Shown here: positions 28,124-38,567 of the stretch, in pieces
Layout: each line of letters opens with the position of its first letter
How positions within the stretch are numbered: the first letter of the stretch is position 1
From: Patescibacteria group bacterium
GTDB lineage: Bacteria; Patescibacteriota; UBA1384; CAJBMM01
Direction of reading: 5' to 3'
Assembly (NCBI GenBank): GCA_041660565.1
Contig: JBAZWC010000001.1
Coordinates: forward strand, 366,481-430,480
DNA length: 64,000 nucleotides
Position numbers and translations under genes: made by a program
The notes under the pieces: model-generated
Databases searched by the model: none
What the model was told of the DNA's origin: nothing
What the model saw: the letters and a program-made list of their open reading frames with translations, nothing else

Positions 28124-28753
28124 CTAGTCGTGGCCTTGCGGGCAGGCCCGGACATAGTCACCGGCGAATACGCCCGTCACCTGTGTCCCGTAGTTGTACT
28201 GGTTGTCGCGGCAGTTGGAGACCCCGACGTAGTATACGCGGTAGGACGCCGGGTAAATGATGCGCCACGTCCACATCTGCCCGTTGAAGTAGAACTCCTG
28301 GTGTGTCGGAATGATCGCCGAGTTGTTGGCCCACGTTAGCCTGGAGTTGAAGTAGTGTGGCGCATCGGTATCATATTCGTGCGTGCTATTCCAGTACCAA
28401 TCGTACGCCATGGCATGCGTGGCCCACGTCAACTCCTCATGCCACAGCTGGTTACCAACAGCGTCGTACGTGCCATTGGTGCCGCCGTACACCGACTGCC
28501 AAGTGGTCGTGGCGTTGGCGTCGGTGTAGAAGACCCACCTCGGGTGGATGGCGAAGGTCGCGTTGGCATTACCATTGGTGTATGGTTGACCCATCCACTC
28601 GAAGACGAAGAAGACCTCATCTGTCGTGTAGTTGTACGCGCACTCCCAGTCAACCTCGATGTTCGAGTTGTTGAGGTACCCAGGGGTCGCCTGAGCCATC
28701 GTCGGGAAGAGCATGACGGCCAGCGCCGCCAGCAGAACGAGATGCTTACGCAA
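28124..28753 (-). CDS. Secreted aromatic-rich orphan protein (paralog 1a)
   Basis: Signal peptide MRKHLVLLAAL..AQA; TTG start with SD AGGAG; ends CPQGHD. Confidence 0.8.
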   Translation of the reverse strand: MRKHLVLLAALAVMLFPTMAQATPGYLNNSNIEVDWECAYNYTTDEVFFVFEWMGQPYTNGNANATFAIHPRWVFYTDANATTTWQSVYGGTNGTYDAVGNQLWHEELTWATHAMAYDWYWNSTHEYDTDAPHYFNSRLTWANNSAIIPTHQEFYFNGQMWTWRIIYPASYRVYYVGVSNCRDNQYNYGTQVTGVFAGDYVRACPQGHD

Positions 28754-29080
28754 TTTCTTCTCCTAGCCCACAAACCGCGGGGGCGGGGTCGGTACTGCAT
28801 GATGGGTACGACAATCATCGTACGGCATACGGCACCCGACTTGGCTAGTCTTACATCACGTCGATAGGCGCATTCCCCCTTGATTCCGACCGAACCAAAA
28901 CCACTACCGGTCTTTTGGAAACCACATCTGTGTGGAATCCACCAGATAAGTAAGTTGTTCAGGTTCGGTGCTGTAATACACACAAAAGGTATAATAACAC
29001 ATCCATATTATTTATGTCAATATATTATAAGCGGGAGGCAGCCCGAAGGCCGCCTCCCGTGTGAGACAGATGTTGCCGGC
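28740..29080 (-). repeat. Duplicated terminator-promoter-leader module
   Basis: Near-identical to 29711-30038; TTGACA-18-TATTAT promoter; terminator gcgggaggc..gcctcccgt also at 28066-28095; promoter part recurs at 31428-31498. Confidence 0.9.
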
Positions 29081-29091
29081 GCCGTACCGGA

Positions 29092-29724
29092 CTAGTCGTG
29101 GCCCTGCGGGCACGGCCTGAGCTTATCTTCCGAGAAGAAGCTGAAGGGGTCCCCCCAGTTTCGGTTGTTATCGCAACACTTGGTGTCAACGTGGTACGCC
29201 ACGCGGTAAGTCGCGGGGTAAATGGCGTCGTAGTGATACATGTAAGGCGGAATGCCATCCCACACGAGCACGTAATGCCTAGGGATAACCGCCGAGTTGA
29301 GCGCCCAGGTCAGGTGCGAGTTGAAGTAGTGAGTCGTACCGTCGTAGCTGGCGTTCGATGTATCCCATTCCCACCCGTAGGTCATGGCGTGAGTAGCCCA
29401 GGTTATGGACTGTTGCCACAGTATGTTGCCAACTGCGTCGTAAACACCTCCGGAGCCGTACACTTCGTTCCACGGGATAGTGCCGGCGGAATCGGTGTAG
29501 AAGATGTAACACGGGTGAATGGTGAAGTCGGCCTCGGCTGACCCATTGCTTGTCGGCATTCCGCTCCACACGATGTTGTACGAGACGATATCAGTGGTGT
29601 TGTTGTAGGCCACATCCCACTGAATCGTGATGTCGTCAACGGATACGTATCCCGGTGTTGCCGATACGGGGAGCTGGGCAAACATGACGACCAGGGCCGC
29701 CAGCAAAACGAGATGCTTACGCAA
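29092..29724 (-). CDS. Secreted aromatic-rich orphan protein (paralog 1b)
   Basis: Shares TPGY, YDAVGN, TWATHAM, HYFNS, IYPA.YRV and CPQGHD with 28124..28753. Confidence 0.8.
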   Translation of the reverse strand: MRKHLVLLAALVVMFAQLPVSATPGYVSVDDITIQWDVAYNNTTDIVSYNIVWSGMPTSNGSAEADFTIHPCYIFYTDSAGTIPWNEVYGSGGVYDAVGNILWQQSITWATHAMTYGWEWDTSNASYDGTTHYFNSHLTWALNSAVIPRHYVLVWDGIPPYMYHYDAIYPATYRVAYHVDTKCCDNNRNWGDPFSFFSEDKLRPCPQGHD

Positions 29725-30045
29725 TTTCTTCTCCTAGCCCTCAAACCACGGGGGCGGGGTCGGTACTGCACCGAGTGTACGGCATACAGCGCCCGACTTG
29801 GCTAGTCTTACGGCTTCACGACAATAGGCATTTCCCCCTTGATTCCGACCGGACCAAAACCACTACCGGTCTTTTGGAAACCACTCCTGTGTGGAATCCA
29901 CTAGATAAGTAAGTTGTTCAGGTTCGGTGCTGTAATACACACAAAAAGTATAATAACACATCCATATTATTTATGTCAATATATTATAAGCGGGAGGCAG
30001 CCCGAAGGCCGCCTCCCGTGTGAGACAGATGTTGCCGGTTGGCCC

Positions 30046-30546
30046 TTAGGGGGCAATCCATGCAGTCGTCGCGGACGTGGCGGTAGCACCGTCACCCTTC
30101 ACGTACACCTTCAGGGTGACGAGTATGTACTTGTACGGCCACGGGACGTAGTAGGTGATGTCCCTATACGATTGGAAGCTCGGCCGACCCTCGTCGTAAT
30201 CGGCGTAGTCCTGCCAGATGATGTTGCCGTTCTCGAAGGCCTGCGCTCCGGCCGTCTGACCGGAGGCAGAGCAGCTCCCCTTGAGGTCGCAGGTGATGCC
30301 TCCAGAAGTACCTATCCACAACCCGCTCTGCCACGCGTAGACAACAGAGTATGTCGCCGTGGCGTAGCTGTCGTTCTCGTCGTGCCCGACGCCCTTGAGA
30401 TATCCGGAACCGACCGTGAACGTCCCGGTACCGGTGGTGCTGGTGATGACCGGGGTGGTCTGGGTCATCACCCAATCAGCCATCGAGGAGACGGACAGCG
30501 ACATCAGCGCGCAGATCGCAACGAACAGCATGGTTAGACGCTTCAT
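30046..30546 (-). CDS. Secreted beta-rich orphan protein (paralog 2a)
   Basis: Signal peptide MKRLTMLFVA; SD AGGAG; shares DENDSYATATY, NGNI.WQDYADYD and WPYKY.LVTLKVYVKG with 2b. Confidence 0.8.
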   Translation of the reverse strand: MKRLTMLFVAICALMSLSVSSMADWVMTQTTPVITSTTGTGTFTVGSGYLKGVGHDENDSYATATYSVVYAWQSGLWIGTSGGITCDLKGSCSASGQTAGAQAFENGNIIWQDYADYDEGRPSFQSYRDITYYVPWPYKYILVTLKVYVKGDGATATSATTAWIAP

Positions 30547-30804
30547 TGCTTGGCTCCTGTGTGGTTTGATACAACTGAGCGGGGTCGTTTTGTCTCTGCT
30601 GGGGGCATACGACCACAATGTACGTCACCTGGCTTGGCTGGACTAATATCGATTAGCCATCACCTCCTTTAGGAGTTGCGCAAGCCCGACTCCTTTTTGA
30701 TTGCGATACGACTGAACTTGTCGAACCGCCAGCATATCAACAGTTGGCGACTTGCGCGGGCTACAGGGTACCCACATTATGTGGTTATCGGCTTATGCGC
30801 CAAC

Positions 30805-31308
30805 TCAGTACGTTAACGCTGCGGCGTATGCGGTAGTGCCAGTGCCCTTCACGTACACCTTCAGGGTGACGAGCACGTACTTGTACGGCCACATGACGTA
30901 GTAGCCGTAGTTTTCCGCCGAGTCGTAGGACGTCGGCCCGTCGTCGTAATCGGCGTAGTCCTGCCAAACAATGTTGCCGTTCTGGAAGACCTGCGACCCC
31001 GCCGTCTGTCCAGCCGATGAGGATTGCCCACTGACTATACCCCTGATTCCCCCATTGAAGCCTAACGGTAAACCAGGGCCAACCCACGAGTAGACGACAG
31101 CGTACGTCGCCGTGGCGTAGCTGTCATTCTCATCATTGCCGGTGCCCGATAGTGAGTTGACGCCAGCCACGAAAGTGCCGGTCCCGGTAATCGAGTTGAT
31201 GGTAACAGGACCCTCGAACATCACCCAACCGGCAGGGACAGCCATGGAGGCGACGGACAGCGACATCAGTGCGCAGAAAGCGACGAGCAGCACAGTGAGA
31301 CGCTTCAT
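30805..31308 (-). CDS. Secreted beta-rich orphan protein (paralog 2b)
   Basis: Paralog of 30046..30546; SD AAGGAG. Confidence 0.8.
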   Translation of the reverse strand: MKRLTVLLVAFCALMSLSVASMAVPAGWVMFEGPVTINSITGTGTFVAGVNSLSGTGNDENDSYATATYAVVYSWVGPGLPLGFNGGIRGIVSGQSSSAGQTAGSQVFQNGNIVWQDYADYDDGPTSYDSAENYGYYVMWPYKYVLVTLKVYVKGTGTTAYAAALTY

Positions 31309-31640
31309 TGCTTGGCTCCTTTTTGATTGCGATACGACTGAGCGTTACGACCGTAAAACACCTGGGTACGCAACAGGATCTTCGAGACCAGCTGTATTCC
31401 CCTTGCGATTCCTGTCAGTAATGGACTAAGTAGGTTGTTCAGGTTCAGCGCTGTAAAACACAATCAATATATTAACACATCCATATTATTCGTGTCAACA
31501 TCCGATGCAACAATAAGTATTTGACATTTGAAAAAATTTATGTTAATATTAAAATAATGTGATTTTGAATATCGGGTATGTTGGTAGATGTCTCGTTGTT
31601 CAGCGCAAGAGATATAAACCAAACAGAAAGGTATTCATAA

Positions 31641-32849
31641 ATGAATAGCTCTATTTCCTCAGGAACAAAACCGTCTTATAACCGATTTTCGGGCGGAAAC
31701 CGTCGGACTAATTTTAGTGCCAGACCACGTTTTCGGGGTACCTACATTAGCCCGGAAAAATTTATCAATAAAGCAATTGTGCAAGCCGAACAACCGGCTT
31801 ATCAGCCACAAAATCGTTTTCGTGATTTTCATTTTGTAGGGACGTTGCAACGAAATATCGAACAACATGGCTATGTTACCCCCACTCCAATTCAAGACCA
31901 AGCCATTGCCCCAATTTTAGCCGGTCAAGATTTACTAGGCTTAGCCAACACCGGCACCGGTAAAACAGCTGCATTTTTATTGCCAATTATTCAATTAATT
32001 CACGCTGATCCAAATTTAGGCACCGCTTTAATTATTGTGCCAACTCGCGAGCTAGCGCTGCAAATTGACATGGAATTTAGAGCATTCATTCGTGATATGC
32101 GTTTATATTCGGCAGTTTGCGTGGGCGGTGCCAACATTTTTCGTCAGATTTCCACTCTTAGACGCAAACCACATGTCATTATCGGTACCCCGGGGCGGCT
32201 AAAGGATTTGGCTGACCGCGGAGATTTAAACTTATCTACCACCAGAATTTTAGTACTTGATGAAGCTGACAGAATGTTAGATATGGGCTTTAGTAAAGAT
32301 ATCAATGTTTTGGTAGATATGATCCCCCAAAATCGCCAAACATTGTGCTTTAGTGCAACGATTACTGAAACAGTTAAAGGGTTAGTGGATAAATTACTCA
32401 AAGAACATCAAACCATCTCGGTCTGCGCACCGGTAGCCAGCTCTCACATCGATCAAGATGTGGTGCGATACAACTCACCGGAACATCGTCTGGATTTGTT
32501 AATTCAAATGCTAACCAAAGCCGAGTACGAAAAAGTGTTGATTTTTGGCGAAACCAAACGCGGCGTGCAAAAATTATCCGAAAAACTGATGCAATCTGGC
32601 ATCACCGCCGAAGCCATTCATGGCAACAAATCGCAACCGCAGCGACAGCGCGCCTTGCAAGCGTTTCGTGATAACAACGTTAAAGCGTTGGTGGCTACCG
32701 ATGTAGCTGCCCGCGGATTAGATATTTCCGATATTTCGCATGTAATTAACTACGATCAGCCAAATACGTTTGACGACTACGTTCATCGCATTGGCCGCAC
32801 CGGTCGTGCCGGCAAAACCGGCAAAGCTCTCACCTTCGTCCAAGGATAG
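31641..32849 (+). CDS. DEAD-box RNA helicase (RhlE-like)
   Basis: Q motif PTPIQ, TGTGKT, PTRELA, DEAD, SAT, HRIGRTGR. Confidence 0.95.
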   Translation: MNSSISSGTKPSYNRFSGGNRRTNFSARPRFRGTYISPEKFINKAIVQAEQPAYQPQNRFRDFHFVGTLQRNIEQHGYVTPTPIQDQAIAPILAGQDLLGLANTGTGKTAAFLLPIIQLIHADPNLGTALIIVPTRELALQIDMEFRAFIRDMRLYSAVCVGGANIFRQISTLRRKPHVIIGTPGRLKDLADRGDLNLSTTRILVLDEADRMLDMGFSKDINVLVDMIPQNRQTLCFSATITETVKGLVDKLLKEHQTISVCAPVASSHIDQDVVRYNSPEHRLDLLIQMLTKAEYEKVLIFGETKRGVQKLSEKLMQSGITAEAIHGNKSQPQRQRALQAFRDNNVKALVATDVAARGLDISDISHVINYDQPNTFDDYVHRIGRTGRAGKTGKALTFVQG

Positions 32850-32925
32850 GAGACTGTTCTCAACGTCCCCTGCCTTGGTTTTGGGATGGGTTTAGTGTAT
32901 AAAGATACCGAGGGGGAAGACAGCG

Positions 32926-33453
32926 ATGGAATACTACGTTGGTGTGCCTCTGCCCCAACCGCTCGACTACTACATCCACGTGGTTAGACGCACGTGGGGG
33001 TGCCGAAACAAAAGCGACCCGCATTTGACCTTGATGGTGCCGCGGAGTCTGTTACCAAACCGGACTGAGCGTGAGCTAACCACAGCGCTGGCCGGAATTG
33101 CTGCTCAGCCACTGGTATTTGAGGTTTCGATTAACGGTTTTGGGGTGTTTGAGGAAATCGGCAACCTTCATCTGGTTGTGGATCGTAGCGACCAGTTGGT
33201 GGCTTGCTGCAAGGCCATCGATCATGCGGTTGAGGGGATTTTGGCACCTTCGGCGTCTAAGTACGCCCATATCCCCAGCCCACACATCACCGTACTAGAC
33301 AGGCTACCACAAAAAGACCTTGCTTTGGCATTGGCACAGCTTGGCCCGTACAAGTTTGGGCCAACCCACCTTCAATGCAGCACACTCCACCTATTCAAAG
33401 ATGGCAACTCGACCATCGGCTGGCAGATAGCCCAGACCATCAGACTCAGCTAA
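32926..33453 (+). CDS. 2H phosphoesterase / 2'-5' RNA ligase family protein
   Basis: Two HxT motifs, PHLTL and PHITV. Confidence 0.8.
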   Translation: MEYYVGVPLPQPLDYYIHVVRRTWGCRNKSDPHLTLMVPRSLLPNRTERELTTALAGIAAQPLVFEVSINGFGVFEEIGNLHLVVDRSDQLVACCKAIDHAVEGILAPSASKYAHIPSPHITVLDRLPQKDLALALAQLGPYKFGPTHLQCSTLHLFKDGNSTIGWQIAQTIRLS

Positions 33454-33534
33454 ACCCGCCCGGTTAACGCCGCGGCGGGTTCAACTTATATAAAAAAGAG
33501 GGCGGCCGCGACATGCGCGAACGCCCTACTCCCC

Positions 33535-34239
33535 CTAGAACTTGACCTCGAGTGATGTGGTGATGGTGTCATTGATGCACCCGGAAGAGCTACCGACGCT
33601 CTTCTGCAGTGCAATCTCGGGCACCAACGTCACCTTGCCCGCGGCAATCGGCCGCTTGATGATCAGCCGAAGGTGGCTGACCAGCTCGGGCTGGGCGCCA
33701 AACGCGCCATCGTTCCCCCCGGCGGACAACTCCAGATTGCATCCCTTGATGGAGCTTTTGACTCCCACCCGCCAGAACATCCCGCCCTCCAGGATGTTGG
33801 GGCTGTCGGGTACGCAGCTGTCGACCGAGATAAACGGTCGCACCAGCCCGCGATTCGCCGTTAGAGACGTGGTCAGGTCGTGCACGTCACCCCGCCAGTG
33901 CCCCACCGGCATTAGGTCGAAGAAGCAATATTCGACATTGACATTGGCCTGTCCGCGCCAGATGTTGCTGGCATAGCCGACGCCGTAGTCGATTTCCGAC
34001 GCCCAGTCTCGGTTCCAGCCCGACCGGGTGGGGACGCATCCCCACACATAGGCGTAGAACGGGCCCTTGGCGGCGGTGGCCATCCCCTGCACCACCGGCT
34101 TGTTGTAGATGACGTTCCCGGTCACACTGCCGGTGTACTGGCTGCGCCACTTGATCATGTACGACATCTGCTGGGCATCGGACGTGCGGGCCAAGCCCAG
34201 AGACATCAGAATGACTACGACCATCGCCCTGCAATGCAT
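33535..34239 (-). CDS. Secreted beta-barrel-like protein, TorF/Gcw_chp-like
   Basis: Signal peptide; PVVQG..FYAYVWG..EIDYGVGY pattern; amphipathic strands; terminal Phe (SLEVKF). Confidence 0.55.
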   Translation of the reverse strand: MHCRAMVVVILMSLGLARTSDAQQMSYMIKWRSQYTGSVTGNVIYNKPVVQGMATAAKGPFYAYVWGCVPTRSGWNRDWASEIDYGVGYASNIWRGQANVNVEYCFFDLMPVGHWRGDVHDLTTSLTANRGLVRPFISVDSCVPDSPNILEGGMFWRVGVKSSIKGCNLELSAGGNDGAFGAQPELVSHLRLIIKRPIAAGKVTLVPEIALQKSVGSSSGCINDTITTSLEVKF

Positions 34240-34376
34240 TGCCGTCTCCTTATGCAATCGCTGTAGATATCTGACTTGTCGTTAGCATTTTATAATACTT
34301 GAGCTTGTTTGTCAATATCATTGCTCTAAATACTCTAATCTATTACAATAAACTGACTAATAACTTTGGAGCGGCA

Positions 34377-34964
34377 ATGCCAAGAGATACGGCGCATTTT
34401 CAAAACAGAGAGCCCAAACTGGAATCATACCTAAGATACCGGCGGTTTTTGTGCGTATCGAAACACATTAAACCAAACAGCAAAGTGTTAGATTTAGGTT
34501 GCGGTTTTGATGCCTATTTTCTAAATCGCGTTGCAGATAAGTTGCATACCGGTATCGGCATTGATTTAACCGAATCAAAACAAGCTAACCCACACATTAC
34601 GGTAATAGCGCACGATGTAAACAAAGAATTGCCACTTGAGGATGATTTTTTTGACGCGGTAGTCTCTATGGCTAATATGGAGCATTTGGATAATCGGGTG
34701 CAAACGCTTAAAGAGGCTCACCGAGTGCTGGCACCAAACGGGATGCTGCTCATCACCACCCCATCCACCAAAGCCAAACCGGTTTTAGAGTTCTTGTCTG
34801 GTGGCTTAAGACTAATTAGTACCGAAGAAATTGAAGATCATAAATTTTATTACGATCCGCCAATGTTACGCAATGATTTGATTGAGGCAGGATTTGTTGA
34901 TTCAAATATTTACATCCAACCGTTTCAGCTGAACTTTAATCTTTTTGCCAAATCGATAAAATAA
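34377..34964 (+). CDS. Class I SAM-dependent methyltransferase
   Basis: VLDLGCG, FDAVVS, RVLAPNG motifs. Confidence 0.9.
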   Translation: MPRDTAHFQNREPKLESYLRYRRFLCVSKHIKPNSKVLDLGCGFDAYFLNRVADKLHTGIGIDLTESKQANPHITVIAHDVNKELPLEDDFFDAVVSMANMEHLDNRVQTLKEAHRVLAPNGMLLITTPSTKAKPVLEFLSGGLRLISTEEIEDHKFYYDPPMLRNDLIEAGFVDSNIYIQPFQLNFNLFAKSIK

Positions 34965-34969
34965 GGTAA

Positions 34970-36367
34970 TTATTCGTATCTAAGTGCTTCTACCGGATTA
35001 AGCCTAGCAGCGCGAATGGCGGGGATTAACCCAGACATCATCCCAAGCAGTGTAGTAAAGATAATTACCGCTATCACCAACCACCACGGGAACTCACCCA
35101 AATGCTCTAACGGCAAGCTACCTAGGCTGGCGCCGTATTTGGTAAATAGCAGTTTGGCAATTTTGACCAAACCGTAACTGATGATAATTCCAAAAACACC
35201 GCCAAAAAATCCAAGCAGTGCGGCCTCAAAAGTAAATAAATGCCTAATAGTGGCCCTGGTGGCGCCACAAGCTCGCATCATCCCAATTTCCTTGGTGCGT
35301 TCATACGTGGCCATAATCATGGTGTTGATAATACCAATAGTGGCCACGAATAACGAGATACCGCCAATTACAGCCAACACGATACTAATCAGTAGTAAAA
35401 TTTGATTGATCTGATCTAGCATTGTTTGGGCGGTGGTGGCCCCATACCCCAATTTTTTTACGCTCTCGGCCACCGTACCAATGTTCTTAGTGTCATCAAC
35501 CTTTAATAGAATTGACCCGTAGCCTTGTTGCAAAAAATTGTCGGTTTTCGTTAACTGCATAGTTGAACCACACTCGCTGTCTTTATCGCACTTTGGAAAT
35601 TCCCACTGCACGTTTGTCATTAAATGTCTGGCCCAAGACAAAGTGACATAGCTCTGGCCGTCGTCAATAGCGCCGCTACCAGTAATGCCAACTATTTCGA
35701 CCGGAATTTCAATGGATGGCTGATTTTCCCACCATGATTTATCGGCATTCATTGGAGGCCGTGGCGGTGGAGATCCCCAATCCGGGGCCGAGTTACCCCC
35801 GTTTTGAAATGTTAGGATAACATTTTTACCAACAAGATCATTAGGATGGCTGGTGTAACCCATATCTTGGACAAACCGATTACCGACCAAAATTTTGTCG
35901 GTATCGGTGGCCACCAGTTTTCGCCCAAACGCTGTACTGATATTAAAAACCGCGCTGTCCGGATCAAAACCAACAATACTGGCCCAAGTTTTTTTGTCTT
36001 GCCCTTCTAGTTTCATTGTTTTTACCCCAATACCATTTACTACCCCGGTTGCCGCAATTACATGATCAAGCCGACGTGCCTGGGCCAAGGTAGTATCATC
36101 CATATTCTTACCCTCAGACGGATCACCGTTTGAACCAATTAGACTACTTGAATTCACTGAGTTAGGATCTTTCACCACTGTCACCAAATCAAACGCACCC
36201 AGTTGCTTGAACTGATCGGTTAAGGATTGTTTGATACTAATAATGACCGACGCCATTAAAATTAATGAAAGCGAGCCAACCATAATGGCAATGATGGTTA
36301 AAATTGTTCGAGCTTTGGATCGGGTTAAATTCTTAAACGCCAATTTGACATAATCAGAAAATCTCAT
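34970..36367 (-). CDS. ABC transporter permease (MacB/FtsX-like)
   Basis: GIINTMIMATYERTKEIGMMRACGA; PAIRAARLNPVEALRYE. Confidence 0.93.
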   Translation of the reverse strand: MRFSDYVKLAFKNLTRSKARTILTIIAIMVGSLSLILMASVIISIKQSLTDQFKQLGAFDLVTVVKDPNSVNSSSLIGSNGDPSEGKNMDDTTLAQARRLDHVIAATGVVNGIGVKTMKLEGQDKKTWASIVGFDPDSAVFNISTAFGRKLVATDTDKILVGNRFVQDMGYTSHPNDLVGKNVILTFQNGGNSAPDWGSPPPRPPMNADKSWWENQPSIEIPVEIVGITGSGAIDDGQSYVTLSWARHLMTNVQWEFPKCDKDSECGSTMQLTKTDNFLQQGYGSILLKVDDTKNIGTVAESVKKLGYGATTAQTMLDQINQILLLISIVLAVIGGISLFVATIGIINTMIMATYERTKEIGMMRACGATRATIRHLFTFEAALLGFFGGVFGIIISYGLVKIAKLLFTKYGASLGSLPLEHLGEFPWWLVIAVIIFTTLLGMMSGLIPAIRAARLNPVEALRYE

Positions 36368-37047
36368 CGCACCCCCTTCAGTCGGCCATCACGAATTGTG
36401 ACTATTTGCCGCGCTTGCCGTGCCACACTTTCGTCGTGAGTGATAACCACTAATGTGATGCCGGATTTTTTGTTTAAATCTTTTAACAGTTCAACAATTT
36501 CTATTCCTTTGCGAGTATCCAAATTTCCAGTCGGCTCATCGGCAATTATTATTTCGGGATTGTTGGCCAAGGCTCTAGCAATGCTAACCCGTTGACGTTG
36601 ACCGCCGGATAGCTGATTTGGGCGATGATTTACGCGATCTTCTAGCCCTACCGCGTGTAAACACTCAAGCGCTCGTTTCTTGCGATCCCTGGCAGAGATG
36701 TGAGCAAAAACCATTGGAATCATCACGTTTTCCAAAGCAGTGTACATTGGCTGTAAATTAAAAGTTTGGAAGATAAAACCAATGCGTTTGTTTCGATAAT
36801 TCGATAAATCCAAATCGGATACATGGGCAATGTTTTGCCCATCAACTAACACCTCGCCCTCATCCGGAATATCCAACCCGCCAATAATATTGGCCAAGGT
36901 TGACTTGCCAGATCCCGACGGGCCAACAATGGCAATAAAATCGCCCTTGTCCACGGTAAAGTTAACGTGATCAAGCGCGTATATTTTTTCGTTTCCCAGT
37001 TCGTAAACTTTGGAAACATTTTTTAGTACTATCATTTTCCCCTCCAA
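36364..37047 (-). CDS. ABC transporter ATP-binding protein (LolD/MacB-like)
   Basis: GPSGSGKST, LSGGQRQR, ADEPTGNLD. Confidence 0.95.
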   Translation of the reverse strand: MEGKMIVLKNVSKVYELGNEKIYALDHVNFTVDKGDFIAIVGPSGSGKSTLANIIGGLDIPDEGEVLVDGQNIAHVSDLDLSNYRNKRIGFIFQTFNLQPMYTALENVMIPMVFAHISARDRKKRALECLHAVGLEDRVNHRPNQLSGGQRQRVSIARALANNPEIIIADEPTGNLDTRKGIEIVELLKDLNKKSGITLVVITHDESVARQARQIVTIRDGRLKGVR

Positions 37048-37060
37048 TTCTGGTATTTGA

Positions 37061-37591
37061 CTACAAAGCCGAGAACGGTAAGACCGAAATTAAAGTATTA
37101 TCATAATACATCTTGAGCTCGTACTTTCCGGTGGTTAAACTTTCCGGCTCGCAGCTGGTATTTCCACCAGTTAGTGTGGAGTGAACCGCCGTTACTTTAT
37201 CTACCACATTGGTTTTGGTGGCTAAACTATAAATTGCCATGGCAATATGGCCACTTTCAATTGTTCGCCTGGCGGTCATGTTAACGCAAAACTGATCTGT
37301 CGTAAAATTAAAAGTGGTTGTTTTGGTGGTGTTATTTGGGCCAACTTGTTCTCCAACTGCTAATTTTGATAAATATGATGAAGACAAATATTGATTAAAC
37401 ATATCTAAGTTAGGTTGCTCCGATAGCACCACCGGCGTTGCAGTAGGACTAGGACTACTAGACGAGGAAGACGTTGTAGTGGTTGAATTATTACTCAAAA
37501 ACCACCACACTCCACCACCGAAAATCACTAATAATAAAACCACAATCACAATCCACAAAATGGCGTTACTTTTCTTTGGTTGTTCTTCCAA
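37061..37591 (-). CDS. Membrane-anchored protein with S/T linker
   Basis: TTG start after SD GGAGGG; one TM helix. Confidence 0.65.
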   Translation of the reverse strand: MEEQPKKSNAILWIVIVVLLLVIFGGGVWWFLSNNSTTTTSSSSSSPSPTATPVVLSEQPNLDMFNQYLSSSYLSKLAVGEQVGPNNTTKTTTFNFTTDQFCVNMTARRTIESGHIAMAIYSLATKTNVVDKVTAVHSTLTGGNTSCEPESLTTGKYELKMYYDNTLISVLPFSAL

Positions 37592-37659
37592 AATACCCTC
37601 CTTGTTGCTTCCCTTTAATGGTACCATCAACAATATTGCCGAGCAACATCGCAACTGGA

Positions 37660-38478
37660 TTATTTTTGCGATTGAGTAGTGTTGCCACTGCAGGTGGATG
37701 GGGACCAAAAACCAAGTTGTTTTGATTTTGCATCGCTCTGAGCAGATTTGAATTGAGATTGATATTTATATTTTTGACTAAAATAAGTGTATTCGTGCGC
37801 GTAGCCGTTTGCAATCATCCATTCATTGTAAAGCGTGCCATCAGGTAAAAAGACGTACCTAAGCAACCGATCATACTTATCCCAATCGCCTTCTATCGGA
37901 TCATATTCCAGCCTGACAGTTTGGTGTGATAGCAACTCTTTGCCTTTATCCGAAGCCTCGCGCCCAAAACATTGCACCGGCTTGCGTGGGTCTAGCACCT
38001 CTGGCGTATCCATCCCAATCAACCGCACCGAAATTTTACTGCCGTTTACATCAATCACAACCGTGTCGCCATCCACTACCTGATCGATTTTGGTTGATGT
38101 CTGCTCGGACAATATTTTAACAATCAGTTGTTTTGAGGCGGTGTTACGATTATTTTGCGGATAAAGTAAGCGATAACTGGCTAAATCGCCAATTTTATTC
38201 AGATATTTTTCGGATACAAAAGTAACTGCCCCTACACCGATAATTACGATGAGCACCGAGATCCAAGCCCGCTTAAAATGCTTGAACAATGACCATGCCA
38301 ACATAAAAATGATCGTTAAACAAAGCAGATATTGGACCACAATATCGGCTTGGGTTGTTGGATATGCGGCGGCGATAATTACTAACGCCCAGCAAATTAG
38401 TTTGATCAGCTTAATAAACTGGCTATCGCCACGCTTAAACCAAAGCATTCGAACTAGATTAGAAATATTATTTTTCAT
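37660..38478 (-). CDS. Membrane-anchored thermonuclease (SNase family)
   Basis: VVDGDT, VRLIGMDTPE, DKYDRLLRYV; N-terminal TM helices. Confidence 0.92.
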   Translation of the reverse strand: MKNNISNLVRMLWFKRGDSQFIKLIKLICWALVIIAAAYPTTQADIVVQYLLCLTIIFMLAWSLFKHFKRAWISVLIVIIGVGAVTFVSEKYLNKIGDLASYRLLYPQNNRNTASKQLIVKILSEQTSTKIDQVVDGDTVVIDVNGSKISVRLIGMDTPEVLDPRKPVQCFGREASDKGKELLSHQTVRLEYDPIEGDWDKYDRLLRYVFLPDGTLYNEWMIANGYAHEYTYFSQKYKYQSQFKSAQSDAKSKQLGFWSPSTCSGNTTQSQK

Positions 38479-38515
38479 TCGCTCTAATAATACTTTAATC
38501 CTTTATCGTTTTTTG

Positions 38516-38558
38516 ACAAATAATTAGGGCGGGCACGGCATTCGCCACACCCGCCCAC
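38516..38558 (-). terminator. Hairpin terminator, identical to 39515-39557
   Basis: acaaataattagggcgggcacggcattcgccacacccgcccac present twice. Confidence 0.75.
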
Positions 38559-38567
38559 CGCGAGGAA

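Noticed and set aside
28063-30040. CRISPR array
   Set aside because: The repeats are hundreds of nt long and separated by whole genes. No constant repeat with 30-40-nt spacers was seen anywhere in the window.
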